Below are positions 19,604 to 29,215 of a stretch of 64,000 bases of DNA, piece by piece (the first letter of the stretch is position 1; each line of letters begins with the position of its first letter). The notes under the pieces are model-generated. The model had not been told where the DNA came from. It did no database searches and was given only the letters and a program-made list of their open reading frames with translations. The stretch comes from an uncultured Candidatus Saccharibacteria bacterium (GTDB taxonomy: Bacteria; Patescibacteriota; Minisyncoccia; UBA6257; 2-01-FULL-56-20), in the NCBI GenBank assembly GCA_964646415.1, contig CAZYEL010000004.1, positions 539 to 64,538 of the forward strand, written 5' to 3'. The position numbers and the translations under genes are program-made.

Positions 19604-19873
19604 CTATTTCTTTTTCGAAAGCTGGTATACCTTCAGAATCTCCGCCGCCGCCTTCTTTGCCTGCCCCGACTTCATCTGCATAACCGCATGCGCGGAAAGG
19701 TGGTTCTCAAGAATAATGTCTTCAATGCCGGAAAGCGCCTGCCTGATGGCGGACGACTGGGTAATAAGGTCGATGCAATACGTATCGGCCTCAACCATTC
19801 TTCCGAGTCCGGCAATCTGCCCCTTGATAATCCGGAGCCGACGCAGTGCCTTTTTCTTCGCCGCAGGTTCCAT
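19604..19873 (-). CDS. CsoR/RcnR/FrmR-family metal-sensing transcriptional repressor
   Basis: ~90 aa helical protein, LRRLRIIKGQIAGLGRMVE...YCIDLITQSSAIRQAL matches the DUF156 family and has a conserved Cys. Confidence 0.65.
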   Translation of the reverse strand: MEPAAKKKALRRLRIIKGQIAGLGRMVEADTYCIDLITQSSAIRQALSGIEDIILENHLSAHAVMQMKSGQAKKAAAEILKVYQLSKKK

Positions 19874-19945
19874 AACCGTACCATACCCCCTAGGAGTATC
19901 ATCTGTCAAGGCAAAACTCCCTGCATACTCGACGAAAGCGCGCGG

Positions 19946-21688
19946 CTACAGCCGCTGCTTCTCCCACAACTCGTAAAATCTCCACTTCTTTCTCCGGAGT
20001 TCGTTGAAACTCCCCGATTCCAGGATTTTTCCGCTCTCAATCACGATTATTCTGTCCATCTCCTTAATGGTGGTAAGGCGATGCGCAATCACGATTGCGG
20101 TCACGTTCTGGAAAAATTCGTGGAGCGATTCGCGGATTTTCTCTTCGGACTCTATATCGAGATGCGAGGTTGCCTCGTCGAGGAGTAGCACTTGAGGGTT
20201 TTTGAATACCGCGCGCGCAATGCCCACGCGCTGTTTCTCCCCGCCCGAGAGCCGTATCCCCTTCTCGCCGATAATCGAGTCCGCTCCTTTCGGCATTTTC
20301 GCCATAAAGTCCTTCACGTTCGCAACGGTCAAAGCTTTCCGCAACAGCTTCTCGTTCTTTTCTTCGTCTTGATTCGTGATAGTGATATTCTCGCGGAGCG
20401 ATGCATTGAAAAGCTCCGTATCCTGGAGCACCACCGCCAGGTACTTGAAGTAGTCCTTCTTGCCCACGGTCTTCAGCACCACGCCGTCGAAGCGGATGCT
20501 CCCCGCGTATGATTCGTGCTCCTTAAGAAGCAGTTTGAAAAGCGTGGATTTCCCCGCGCCGGAGAGCCCCACAATGCCCACGCGCTCGCCGCGCCTCACC
20601 TCAAAAGAAATATTTTTGAGCGCCGGTTTGTCGCCGTACGAAAAAGAAACATCTTCAAACGTGAGCTTCTTCCAATTTTTCGGGAACGGCACCTTCCCCT
20701 CTTCACGGTCAATCGCGATGGGAATCTTCAGGATTTCCTGCAGGCGGGCAAACCGGTGCTTCTCCACCGCGAAGTCCTGCGATACTTCCGTGAGCTCACG
20801 GATAGACATCACCACGTTCCCGAAGTATCCGTTCAAAAGCACGAGGAAACCCACTTGGTAATGCCCCTCAACGATACCCCAGACCACGAAAGCGAGGAGT
20901 CCGACGCGAAAGATATGAGTGTAGAGGTCCCGCAAGGCGCTCCCGCTCCGGAACCAGAAAATTCTTATTTTCACGGACTCGAACAAGTCCGTTGCCGCCT
21001 CCGTCATGATTTTCATGAGCTTCGGCGCCATCGACATCACCTTGATGCTCCGGACATTGTTGATAGACTCGAAAATGAGGCCGCTCTGCGTTTCTTCTTT
21101 TGCGTTCACTATATCAGCCGCAACAACTGCCCGCCTGATGTGATACCGCGCAATCACGTAGAAAGAAATGAGATAGAACACAATCGCCCCCGCGATGATG
21201 GAGTCAAATGCGGCGATGATGAATACGACGCCGACGAAGTTGATGGCGATTTCGATAAAATTATTCACCCACATCCGCATCATATTATCGAGACTCGCCG
21301 CACCGCGGTCCACCTTTTTGAATTTATTCCCCGCGTTTTCCTTCTCGTGCCATGAGATGTCAAGAAGGAAAAGATGCCGCATTGCCGCAAGCTCGGCGTC
21401 AAGCAAAAGCCGTTCCCCTACCTCGAAACAGTTCCGTTTCGCTATATAAATGCACCCGAAGCGGATAAGCGCGCTTATGACCATCAACGCGAGCGTTATG
21501 TACACAGGCACGAGCGAATTCCCCGGACGATAGTCGGTAAAAAAATTAACGAGTTCCGCGAGCGCGTACGCCTGGTAAAGCCACGCGGTGTCCCCCGCGA
21601 CGCGGCAAAACGTCCCCGACCAAAACCGCCACTTGTACGGCCGGAGGTAACCCCAAACGTCGCGAATGAGGCTGAAGGTCGAATACAT
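19946..21688 (-). CDS. ABC transporter ATP-binding/permease protein (type I exporter, MsbA-like)
   Basis: 6-TM domain fused to an NBD with GLSGAGKST, LSGGEKQR, LLLDEATSHLD. Confidence 0.85.
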   Translation of the reverse strand: MYSTFSLIRDVWGYLRPYKWRFWSGTFCRVAGDTAWLYQAYALAELVNFFTDYRPGNSLVPVYITLALMVISALIRFGCIYIAKRNCFEVGERLLLDAELAAMRHLFLLDISWHEKENAGNKFKKVDRGAASLDNMMRMWVNNFIEIAINFVGVVFIIAAFDSIIAGAIVFYLISFYVIARYHIRRAVVAADIVNAKEETQSGLIFESINNVRSIKVMSMAPKLMKIMTEAATDLFESVKIRIFWFRSGSALRDLYTHIFRVGLLAFVVWGIVEGHYQVGFLVLLNGYFGNVVMSIRELTEVSQDFAVEKHRFARLQEILKIPIAIDREEGKVPFPKNWKKLTFEDVSFSYGDKPALKNISFEVRRGERVGIVGLSGAGKSTLFKLLLKEHESYAGSIRFDGVVLKTVGKKDYFKYLAVVLQDTELFNASLRENITITNQDEEKNEKLLRKALTVANVKDFMAKMPKGADSIIGEKGIRLSGGEKQRVGIARAVFKNPQVLLLDEATSHLDIESEEKIRESLHEFFQNVTAIVIAHRLTTIKEMDRIIVIESGKILESGSFNELRRKKWRFYELWEKQRL

Positions 21689-21702
21689 TGAGAGTTATTG
21701 TA

Positions 21703-22329
21703 TCACAGGAAAACTTCCTCCCCCGTGCCCACAAACCGGTATGAATCCCCCTCCACCAAAATCCCCTGCCCGTCCCGAAGAATACGCACGGGGCACGAGG
21801 CGTGCCGCGCTTTTTCGCGGATTAAATCCGCCAACTCGTCTTTATAGTGAGCTCTCACGAGAAACGGAACGAGATTGAGCGCCCGAAAGTCGGTCACGCC
21901 ATAATGGTCTTTTTTCTTCGGTCCCCACGTCGACACTTCAATCGTCGGGCACGCGAGATATGCTCCCGCGCTCGTGCCCACGTAGGGCACACCCTGCGCC
22001 AATATCTCCCTCACTACTTCTTCGAAGCCGCTCGCCCGAACCGCTTTTAAAAGATAGAAGCTGTTCCCGCCTTCGACGTGCAGCACGGTTTTCCCCGCAA
22101 ACATGCGCCGCAATTCTTCCGCGCTCCTCCCCTCAACATCCATCTCCGTGAAGCGGTAGCCCGCCTCCGCCATCGCGCCCTTGTGCAATTCCAAATACTC
22201 ATGGTTCGACTCCCCCTTCGAGGCGTCGGTGATATATGCAATATGCGCCTTCTCTTTCGGAACACCGAGCACAGCATACCCCTCCTTGATGAGAAATCCC
22301 CCGTCCGATGCAAGAAGCAATTTTCTCAT
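21703..22329 (-). CDS. peptidase E / S51 family (class I glutamine-amidotransferase-like fold)
   Basis: VLHVEGGNSFYLL and GTSAGAY motifs. Confidence 0.6.
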   Translation of the reverse strand: MRKLLLASDGGFLIKEGYAVLGVPKEKAHIAYITDASKGESNHEYLELHKGAMAEAGYRFTEMDVEGRSAEELRRMFAGKTVLHVEGGNSFYLLKAVRASGFEEVVREILAQGVPYVGTSAGAYLACPTIEVSTWGPKKKDHYGVTDFRALNLVPFLVRAHYKDELADLIREKARHASCPVRILRDGQGILVEGDSYRFVGTGEEVFL

Positions 22330-22802
22330 GTATAAGAAGAGTCGCGGATTTTCATCCAAACCTTCCCCAGCATATTCTCCCCCTTTCCGTCCGGTCCCGC
22401 GCCCCAGAAACTGTCCACGGGGGAATTTTCTATAATCATCCGCTTCCCCGTTCTCTTGAGCGCTTCCCGCACGTCTTCGTGTTGCGCGGCCTTCGCGCGA
22501 AGCGCTTCTTCCATCACTCTCACCCGCTCTTCTTGCCAGGAGGAAGGCAACTTGCCCACGTTCTTATTTGCAATATCCTTCGCCGCATGAGGGCTCGGCG
22601 CCGCCAAAATCTCCTCCGCAATTTCGGGGTGTGCAGAGAAATACTTTTTCCACTGGTATGCGTGCTCCGATGTAGGAAAAGCCAGCCCCCAAACGCAGAC
22701 AACGTGCGCGGAAAAATTGTCGAGCGGCGCGAACGCCGGCGTGAAGAAGTACACCGCCTTGTCGGTTTCTTTGTTTAATCCTTCGCTTGAAACAGGGTAC
22801 AT
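22326..22802 (-). CDS. NADAR (YbiA-like) family protein
   Basis: FSAHVVCVWGLAFPTSEHAYQWKKY...SPVDSFWGAG are hallmark NADAR motifs. Confidence 0.7.
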   Translation of the reverse strand: MYPVSSEGLNKETDKAVYFFTPAFAPLDNFSAHVVCVWGLAFPTSEHAYQWKKYFSAHPEIAEEILAAPSPHAAKDIANKNVGKLPSSWQEERVRVMEEALRAKAAQHEDVREALKRTGKRMIIENSPVDSFWGAGPDGKGENMLGKVWMKIRDSSYT

Positions 22803-22811
22803 GGTAAAAAA

Positions 22812-23225
22812 TCAGCTCAGCCTGCTTAAATTTTTTGTAAGCGGGAACACTGCGTCTTTCGGGCCGTAGAGATAGAGCGCCCGGTATTTGATCTCTTCCC
22901 CTTTATGGGACGCCAACGCGCGCGCATATGACGCATAATCCGCAGGCGCTGCGTCTTCCGTATAATCAACGACTTTCACGTCAGGATTCCCCGCAAGTTT
23001 CGCCCGCAGCTCTCGCATCTTGCTCTGCCCCGCTTTCCGGACGTAGTGCCCGATGTTCGTAAGATACTTGTGCGATGCGCCGTCGCCGTCCACGACTTCG
23101 CCTCCGAACGCAGCCGCGGGCAATTCCCGTCCCGCAGTGAGTCCCAGCACGAATCCCGCGTTCGTAAGAACGCCCTTATCTTCAAGCGATTGCTCCACGA
23201 CGAGTACGCTCACGTATTCTTCCAT
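22812..23225 (-). CDS. hypothetical protein (DUF2000-like)
   Basis: 138-aa ORF; weak resemblance only. Confidence 0.35.
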   Translation of the reverse strand: MEEYVSVLVVEQSLEDKGVLTNAGFVLGLTAGRELPAAAFGGEVVDGDGASHKYLTNIGHYVRKAGQSKMRELRAKLAGNPDVKVVDYTEDAAPADYASYARALASHKGEEIKYRALYLYGPKDAVFPLTKNLSRLS

Positions 23226-23273
23226 AATTCCCCAATTATATACTCGCGACCGACGCACAACAATATTCTGTTA

Positions 23274-25019
23274 CTACTCCCCCGCCCCGTCGCGCACGAA
23301 AAGCAGCCGTGCGAGCCGGATGAGGTCGTACGGCACCCGCCCGTGAAGCCATTCATAGGCCGGCTGAAGGCGGGTGTCGCCGAGCTCCCGAAACGCCTCG
23401 TGCACATCCGCAATCTCCTCCTCGTTCCCCTTCGCAAGATGTTTGATGTCGGACACTCCCAATTTTTCGAGCACCAGCAACTCTTCAAGGTGCCCGATGA
23501 TGGTGCCGGGCGTCCTCCCCCGTTCGCGCGCGACCTCCGCTACACTCTTCCCTTCACGGATGAGCGCGAGCGTCTCTTCCCATCGGTGCGTTTTCTGCTT
23601 CGGCGCACGCGGAGCGCGCGCATCCGCCGCCCTTCCCGGGCGCGCGTCCTCCGGGAGCGGCGTGAGGCTTCCCCCGCACGCGCGTAAGAATTCCTTCTGC
23701 CGCGCCTCAAATTCGGCGGCGGGCACGCGGGCATACCGTTCGTGCACCGCTTGCGACGCCGCGCGGAATGCCGCGTCTTTCTCGCACACTTCCGGATGCA
23801 CTTCAAGCGCGCGCTCGTTGAACCCCGCGAGCGAAAGCCCCGCGAGCGTGCGCACGCGCGAGAGCGCCACATATCCCTGCCCGTGCTCGAAAGCATGGGA
23901 AAGGTCGACATGCGCCGCATCAAGCGACATCCCCTGGCTTTTGTGCACCGTAATCGCCCAGGCGAGCCGGAGCGGGATTTGGACCACCCGCGCGAGCGTG
24001 CGGCCCCCGTCTTCCACAACCCATTCCACGGGCTCCGCGCAAATCGCCGCGCCGGACGTCGTGCGAACAAGCGGGTATCCGCCCTCGTCCGCGAACCCCG
24101 TCACCTCGCCGAGCGTCCCGTTCACGAACCGGTACGCGGGGTCGTTTTTTGTGAAAAGCACCCGCGCGCCGACTTTGAGTGAGAGCGCCTCCGGCGAAAG
24201 ACACCCTTTCTTGAGCGAATCAACGACATGCTCGGCGCCGTGACTCGTCATGCGGAACTCGCGCGCCTCGCCCGGGATTCGTGCAAGCGCGGCGTTGTTC
24301 ACCCGGTCCACATCGACATTATGGGAAAAAAGCTGCGTGGCGCTTTGAGCAACCGCGACGCCCCGGCGCGACGCGAGGAGCGCACGGTGGCGCGCGTCCA
24401 CCCTTCCCGCGCGAATCGCGGAGAGTGCCTCAAGAAACGCCGCATCCCCCTGCCGGTGCTGCTCGGAGAGATAGCACACTTCAGGGTTCAGTGCCCGCCA
24501 TGCCGGGGCATCGAACGCAAAACGCGCTTCCTCCTCTTCCTCAAAAAGCCCACCCTCCGCATCCTCGCGCTCGTCGCGCGTGACCACGGGCGGCAACTGG
24601 AAAAAATCCCCGACAAGCACAACCTGCAATTCCCCGAACGGGGCGCTGCCCCCGCGGACGGCGCGGCATGCCGCCTCCACCAGTCCCAGCGTACGCGGAG
24701 AAAGCATGGAAATCTCGTCGATGATAAGCGTGCGTGCGTGGCGGATTCGCTTCGCGACGCGCTTATTGCCCGCGATGTGGTCCAAGTCTTCTTCGCTCAA
24801 CCTCCGCTTCACCCCGATGCCGCTCCACGAGTGGATGGTGAGCCCGCCGATATGCGTCGCTGCGATGCCGGTTGAAGCGGTAATCGCGGGCTCCACGCCA
24901 TGCGAACGGAGCCACGCGGTAAAACGATTCACCGTGTGCGTCTTCCCGCTCCCCGGCTCACCGGTCAGAAACACGTTCGCGCCGGTCTTTAAGATTGCGA
25001 ATGTTTCGTCCTGGGTCAT
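23274..25019 (-). CDS. PIF1/RecD-like ATP-dependent DNA helicase with C-terminal HTH
   Basis: Walker A LTGEPGSGKTH, helicase motifs, C-terminal helix-hairpin/HTH region. Confidence 0.75.
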   Translation of the reverse strand: MTQDETFAILKTGANVFLTGEPGSGKTHTVNRFTAWLRSHGVEPAITASTGIAATHIGGLTIHSWSGIGVKRRLSEEDLDHIAGNKRVAKRIRHARTLIIDEISMLSPRTLGLVEAACRAVRGGSAPFGELQVVLVGDFFQLPPVVTRDEREDAEGGLFEEEEEARFAFDAPAWRALNPEVCYLSEQHRQGDAAFLEALSAIRAGRVDARHRALLASRRGVAVAQSATQLFSHNVDVDRVNNAALARIPGEAREFRMTSHGAEHVVDSLKKGCLSPEALSLKVGARVLFTKNDPAYRFVNGTLGEVTGFADEGGYPLVRTTSGAAICAEPVEWVVEDGGRTLARVVQIPLRLAWAITVHKSQGMSLDAAHVDLSHAFEHGQGYVALSRVRTLAGLSLAGFNERALEVHPEVCEKDAAFRAASQAVHERYARVPAAEFEARQKEFLRACGGSLTPLPEDARPGRAADARAPRAPKQKTHRWEETLALIREGKSVAEVARERGRTPGTIIGHLEELLVLEKLGVSDIKHLAKGNEEEIADVHEAFRELGDTRLQPAYEWLHGRVPYDLIRLARLLFVRDGAGE

Positions 25020-26797
25020 TATTCGAAACCAAGCATATCCGGTTCTTTCTGCTTTAGAAAATCCTGAAAAGGCCCTTTTTGATTGGCGAGGTCATCAAAA
25101 GTTCCTTCTTGGACAATTCTGCCCCGCTCAAAAACAAAAATCCTGTCGGTGTTTCTGAGCGTCGTCAGTCGGTGAGCAATTGTTATCGTTGTCTTATCTT
25201 TGAACAATTGCTCAATGTTTTTTTGGATTTTGAACTCGTTCGAGTTATCGAGGGCAGAAGTCGCCTCGTCGAATATCAGCAGTTCGGGAGACTTCAGTAT
25301 CAATCGCGCAATGGCAAGCCGCTGTTTTTGACCGCCGCTTAGATTATTTCCATTCTCGGCAACTCTGCCCGATAACCCTCCGAGTGAATTTTCTATCTCT
25401 TCGTACAAATTTGCCAGTTTTGCCGCTCTCACAACTTCCTCATCGCTTATATTCTCTCGCTCACCACCATACACAATGTTACCTCGTATCGAACCCGAGA
25501 ATATGTGCGCCTTCTGCGGCACATGCGCGATGCGATCCGCAATTTCCTCTCTACCCATCGTGTCTAAGTTCTTGCCGAAAATTGTTATCTTGCCGGAGTA
25601 GCCATGCACAAGCCGCAACAAAACTTTTATGAGTGTGGATTTGCCGCATCCGGACGCACCGGCTATGCCGATCTTCTCTCCGCTTTTGACAACAAAATTA
25701 ATGTCTTGCAAAACCGGCGAATTTCCGTATCTGAAAAAAAGTTTGCGTACTTCTATTGCATTGGCGTTGTTTGATGCCGTTCCTTTCTTGTCCTGCGCCT
25801 GAAAAGAAATATCCCGCGGTTGATTGAGCAAGTCGTAGAGGTCATTTACCCTTATCGAACTCTCATGCGCTTCGTCGAGTATTCGGTGAATTTCGCGCAA
25901 AGGCCCCGTGATGCTCAAGAAAAGGATTGAGTACACAAGAATGTCGCCTTTGGTGATTATTCCTTGCGCCGCAAGAAAGATTGAAAGAGAAATTACAAGA
26001 ACATAGAAAATCCCTTCGTTCAGGTATTTCCCGGAATCAAACAATGCCATGAAAATATGGTGCCGGATTTCCTTTTTTCGCATCACTTCGGCGACCTCTT
26101 CAACTTTCGCCACTTCCTTGTCTTCGGTATGCAACACCCGCACTGTTTCGATGCCGCCAAGCATTTCAACAACAGTGCCGTCAATTTTTTCCTTCCCGCG
26201 CAAGAGCGCGACACGTATTCCTTTTTGCGAGGAAACCTGCCACACGATAAGAAAAAGGCCTGCGGGGATTACCAGAATCATCACAGAAGCCAACAATGGT
26301 TTCTGTGTCAGCGCTATTGCGATTGCGGCCAATGCGCTAAAGAAAACCGGAAAGAAATCGAGGAACCCGAGTTTGATAATCCTTATCACTCCCTGAATTG
26401 ACCTGAAAATCCTTCCGTGCAGCGAGCCGATTTGTTGTTGGTTGATATTTGCAATATCTGTTTTCAGCAAATGCTCAATAACATGCACCGTCTGCTTTTT
26501 GTCCGTTTGCGTAGCAACGTTTTCAACAAAATATTTTCGCACGACGGTTAGAGCTTCGCGTACAAGGACTATGCCCATAATCAATGCAATAAATGGAATC
26601 GCGATACTGAAGTTAATGTGTTCTGTGCCAACAAGCGTATCCACCAAACGCCCCAAAATAACGGCGGGCAAGTTGGTGAGAATCCCGGTGAGAAGCATGA
26701 GAAAAGAAGCGAAAACCAGCGCGGCTTTCTCCGTCTTCTCTATAAGCCACAACGTGCGCCTAAACCCATGCAGTATCTCGGAAAATTCTTTACTCAT
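25019..26797 (-). CDS. ABC transporter ATP-binding/permease protein (type I exporter)
   Basis: GASGCGKST, LSGGQKQR, LIFDEATSALD plus an N-terminal 6-TM domain. Confidence 0.85.
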   Translation of the reverse strand: MSKEFSEILHGFRRTLWLIEKTEKAALVFASFLMLLTGILTNLPAVILGRLVDTLVGTEHINFSIAIPFIALIMGIVLVREALTVVRKYFVENVATQTDKKQTVHVIEHLLKTDIANINQQQIGSLHGRIFRSIQGVIRIIKLGFLDFFPVFFSALAAIAIALTQKPLLASVMILVIPAGLFLIVWQVSSQKGIRVALLRGKEKIDGTVVEMLGGIETVRVLHTEDKEVAKVEEVAEVMRKKEIRHHIFMALFDSGKYLNEGIFYVLVISLSIFLAAQGIITKGDILVYSILFLSITGPLREIHRILDEAHESSIRVNDLYDLLNQPRDISFQAQDKKGTASNNANAIEVRKLFFRYGNSPVLQDINFVVKSGEKIGIAGASGCGKSTLIKVLLRLVHGYSGKITIFGKNLDTMGREEIADRIAHVPQKAHIFSGSIRGNIVYGGERENISDEEVVRAAKLANLYEEIENSLGGLSGRVAENGNNLSGGQKQRLAIARLILKSPELLIFDEATSALDNSNEFKIQKNIEQLFKDKTTITIAHRLTTLRNTDRIFVFERGRIVQEGTFDDLANQKGPFQDFLKQKEPDMLGFE

Positions 26798-26896
26798 GGT
26801 TATGCGCCGACTTCGTTTTCGAGATTGTGGATGCGGTCGTTCATAAAAGGCGATGTTAACTCATGCGGTAAAAACCATCCGCGCTTAAAACGAAAC

Positions 26897-28087
26897 TCAT
26901 TTTTTGTTCAAGAATTCAGGCACAAACCCATTTTTCTCTAAAACATAGGCGATTCCACGCAACAGATAGTTATTAGCAAAGCCAATGGTATATATTCTCC
27001 CCTTTTCCTTAAGTGGGATCAGCATCTTTTTGTCTTTGAGCTTCTTAAGTATTCTGGATCGTTGCACTGGAGATTCCTTTCCAATTATTAACTCCAGGCC
27101 TCCCGATTTGATACTCATATCTTTACTCTTAACTATCGCCGACAGAATCTCATATTCCCGCTTTGTAATATGTTCGCGCTCAAGGGCAAAAGAAAGAACT
27201 GGCAATAAAATAGTATTGACGATATAGCTTAAATCAAGAAGTCTATCAATTTTTTCTATCTCTGCGCGCAATCCCTCAAGTACGTATGAGCACCATTCGA
27301 GTGTTTTTTCTTCCTCACCAGAATCAGCCAACGCAAGCATTTCGTAGTATCGATTCCTGTCCATGCAAAATATGGCGGTGGGATTCAGAATCCTTCCGTT
27401 CCTTACTTGAAATCCTTGTTTAATAAGAAAAGCGTAGGTGAACATACGGATGATCCGACCGTTGCCATTATCAAAAGGATGAATCCATGCCATCCGATGG
27501 TGGGATAAAGCGATTGCGAGTAAATGGTATTGCGTATCAATTGACTGATTCACAAAATGGATTAACTCATCGAAATATTCCGGAACTTTTACATGATCCG
27601 GCGGAACGTGTAGAGAGCGCTGAATTGAAACGTTTATCGGACGCAGACTGCCAGGATGCCTCGAACCTTCCCCCTTGGGAGGTGGAGTCAGTCCATCGAC
27701 AATAATTTTATGCATCTCTGAAAGTAGCGCCCGATTAAACACAGTTTTCTTATCGACATTCTTCTCGATAAACTCAATCGCTCGTTCAATATTAAAGATT
27801 TCCCGCAATCCTTCGTCTTTCGCTTTCTTAGAAGGGTTTTCGATGATCTTTTCTACAAATTCTGCGAGTGTGGTATTGTTCCCCTCAATGCGCGCCGAAC
27901 CGAGACTTTCAAACATTTGGAAAATGTCCTTGAGTTGAAAAAATACGACTCGAGGAACTGGCCCTCCAAGTTTCTTAACACGCAATTTCTCAAGCTCGAT
28001 AATAGTGTTAGCAAGCCTGCTACCCCACTTAGGGTCGTAAAGCTTAAGAGGTATATCTTTAAATTGGTTATTATTTTCAGAACTCAT
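26897..28087 (-). CDS. Fic family protein (AMPylation/Doc-like), class II with N-terminal inhibitory motif
   Basis: HPFDNGNGR active-site motif; SARIEGN matches the (S/T)xxxE(G/N) inhibitory helix; the gene is markedly AT-rich versus its flanks. Confidence 0.85.
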   Translation of the reverse strand: MSSENNNQFKDIPLKLYDPKWGSRLANTIIELEKLRVKKLGGPVPRVVFFQLKDIFQMFESLGSARIEGNNTTLAEFVEKIIENPSKKAKDEGLREIFNIERAIEFIEKNVDKKTVFNRALLSEMHKIIVDGLTPPPKGEGSRHPGSLRPINVSIQRSLHVPPDHVKVPEYFDELIHFVNQSIDTQYHLLAIALSHHRMAWIHPFDNGNGRIIRMFTYAFLIKQGFQVRNGRILNPTAIFCMDRNRYYEMLALADSGEEEKTLEWCSYVLEGLRAEIEKIDRLLDLSYIVNTILLPVLSFALEREHITKREYEILSAIVKSKDMSIKSGGLELIIGKESPVQRSRILKKLKDKKMLIPLKEKGRIYTIGFANNYLLRGIAYVLEKNGFVPEFLNKK

Positions 28088-28168
28088 ATAAGTTATTTAT
28101 CATAATACACGATTCCGCCCTTTATACAAAAGAGTTTCATGGCTTATGGCGCATATATTATTTAACAT

Positions 28169-28957
28169 CTATAAAACTTCATTTCCTACAGTAAGACTAA
28201 ACTTCTGCGCGGCGCTCCTCCCCTGCACGACGACTTCGAGGAACCGCTTATCGCATAAGCCGGAGCTCCCCACGATAAGCGCCGATTCTCCCTCCGGCAC
28301 ATCTTTCAGCCGGTCATGGAACCGGAGCGCGCCAAGCTTTGTCGGCACAAAACCCCTCGCATCGGGATGCACATCCCCGGCGATGAGCGTCGTCTTGCAA
28401 TTCCCAAAGTTGTCCACGTACCAGACGGCAACGGGTGCATCGGGGAACGAGGCAATGGGAACCGGCTCGCCAATGGTGAGCGTCGGGTGGTTCGAGAGGC
28501 AAAGCCCGATCCGTGGCAGGAAATCGAAACTCCGGAACTGGCTTTTCACGATATGCTCCGTCGTGTCCGGCGCAATGATTTCCTTCTCCGCCAAGAGCGC
28601 GGTCACCGATTCGGTGTCGAGCACGCGCACGTCCGGGCATAGCCCGAATTTTTTGACCAAACTCAATATGAGCCCGTCCACCGCCGCAACCACAAGCGCC
28701 TTCTTATGACGGAAGTAACCGAACGGCGTCCCGTTCTTCCATTTCTTCGCCGCGCCATTCCGCGGGGCAATGTTCACGAGAATCACCCCCTCCTCCCCGC
28801 CCAGGGCGTCAAGCGCGTCGATAATATTCCCCGCCGCCTCGAGCTCATGCCCGACGCCTATAAAGTGCGGCGCGGTGCCAAAGAGGTTATATGCGCGTAT
28901 CTTCTGCCTCCCTGCCGCATTGTCGTCACGTGAGTCATTTATGATGGTTATGTTCAT
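28169..28957 (-). CDS. SAM hydroxide adenosyltransferase family protein (DUF62)
   Basis: C-terminal VDNFGNCKTT motif and overall two-domain length; the N-terminal motif is less clear. Confidence 0.55.
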   Translation of the reverse strand: MNITIINDSRDDNAAGRQKIRAYNLFGTAPHFIGVGHELEAAGNIIDALDALGGEEGVILVNIAPRNGAAKKWKNGTPFGYFRHKKALVVAAVDGLILSLVKKFGLCPDVRVLDTESVTALLAEKEIIAPDTTEHIVKSQFRSFDFLPRIGLCLSNHPTLTIGEPVPIASFPDAPVAVWYVDNFGNCKTTLIAGDVHPDARGFVPTKLGALRFHDRLKDVPEGESALIVGSSGLCDKRFLEVVVQGRSAAQKFSLTVGNEVL

Positions 28958-28980
28958 GGATTTGGTTATTGATTAGATTA

Positions 28981-29014
28981 GTTAAAAAGAAAAAGCCTTC
29001 GCTGAACGAAGGCT
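28981..29014 (-). terminator. rho-independent terminator
   Basis: AGCCTTCG...CGAAGGCT hairpin followed by TTTTTCTTTTT on the minus strand. Confidence 0.6.
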
Positions 29015-29174
29015 GGTACGATTTACGTTTAATTATTTCGACGAAATGGGTAAATCAGCCTCCGTGGGCGGGGGTCATCATTCGCATCATCATTGAGTTC
29101 CGCGCAATCATGCTATTGGCTTGAGTGTAGCGCAACCAAAATTAAAAGTAAATCTCACCTGCCACACTACAACA

Positions 29175-29212
29175 TTCTCACATTCTCGAGAATGTGAGAA
29201 TGTTGTGCGGAA
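29175..29212. repeat. perfect 38-bp palindrome immediately 3' of the B3/4 gene
   Basis: ACAACATTCTCACATTCTCGAGAATGTGAGAATGTTGT. Confidence 0.6.
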
Positions 29213-29215
29213 GGT

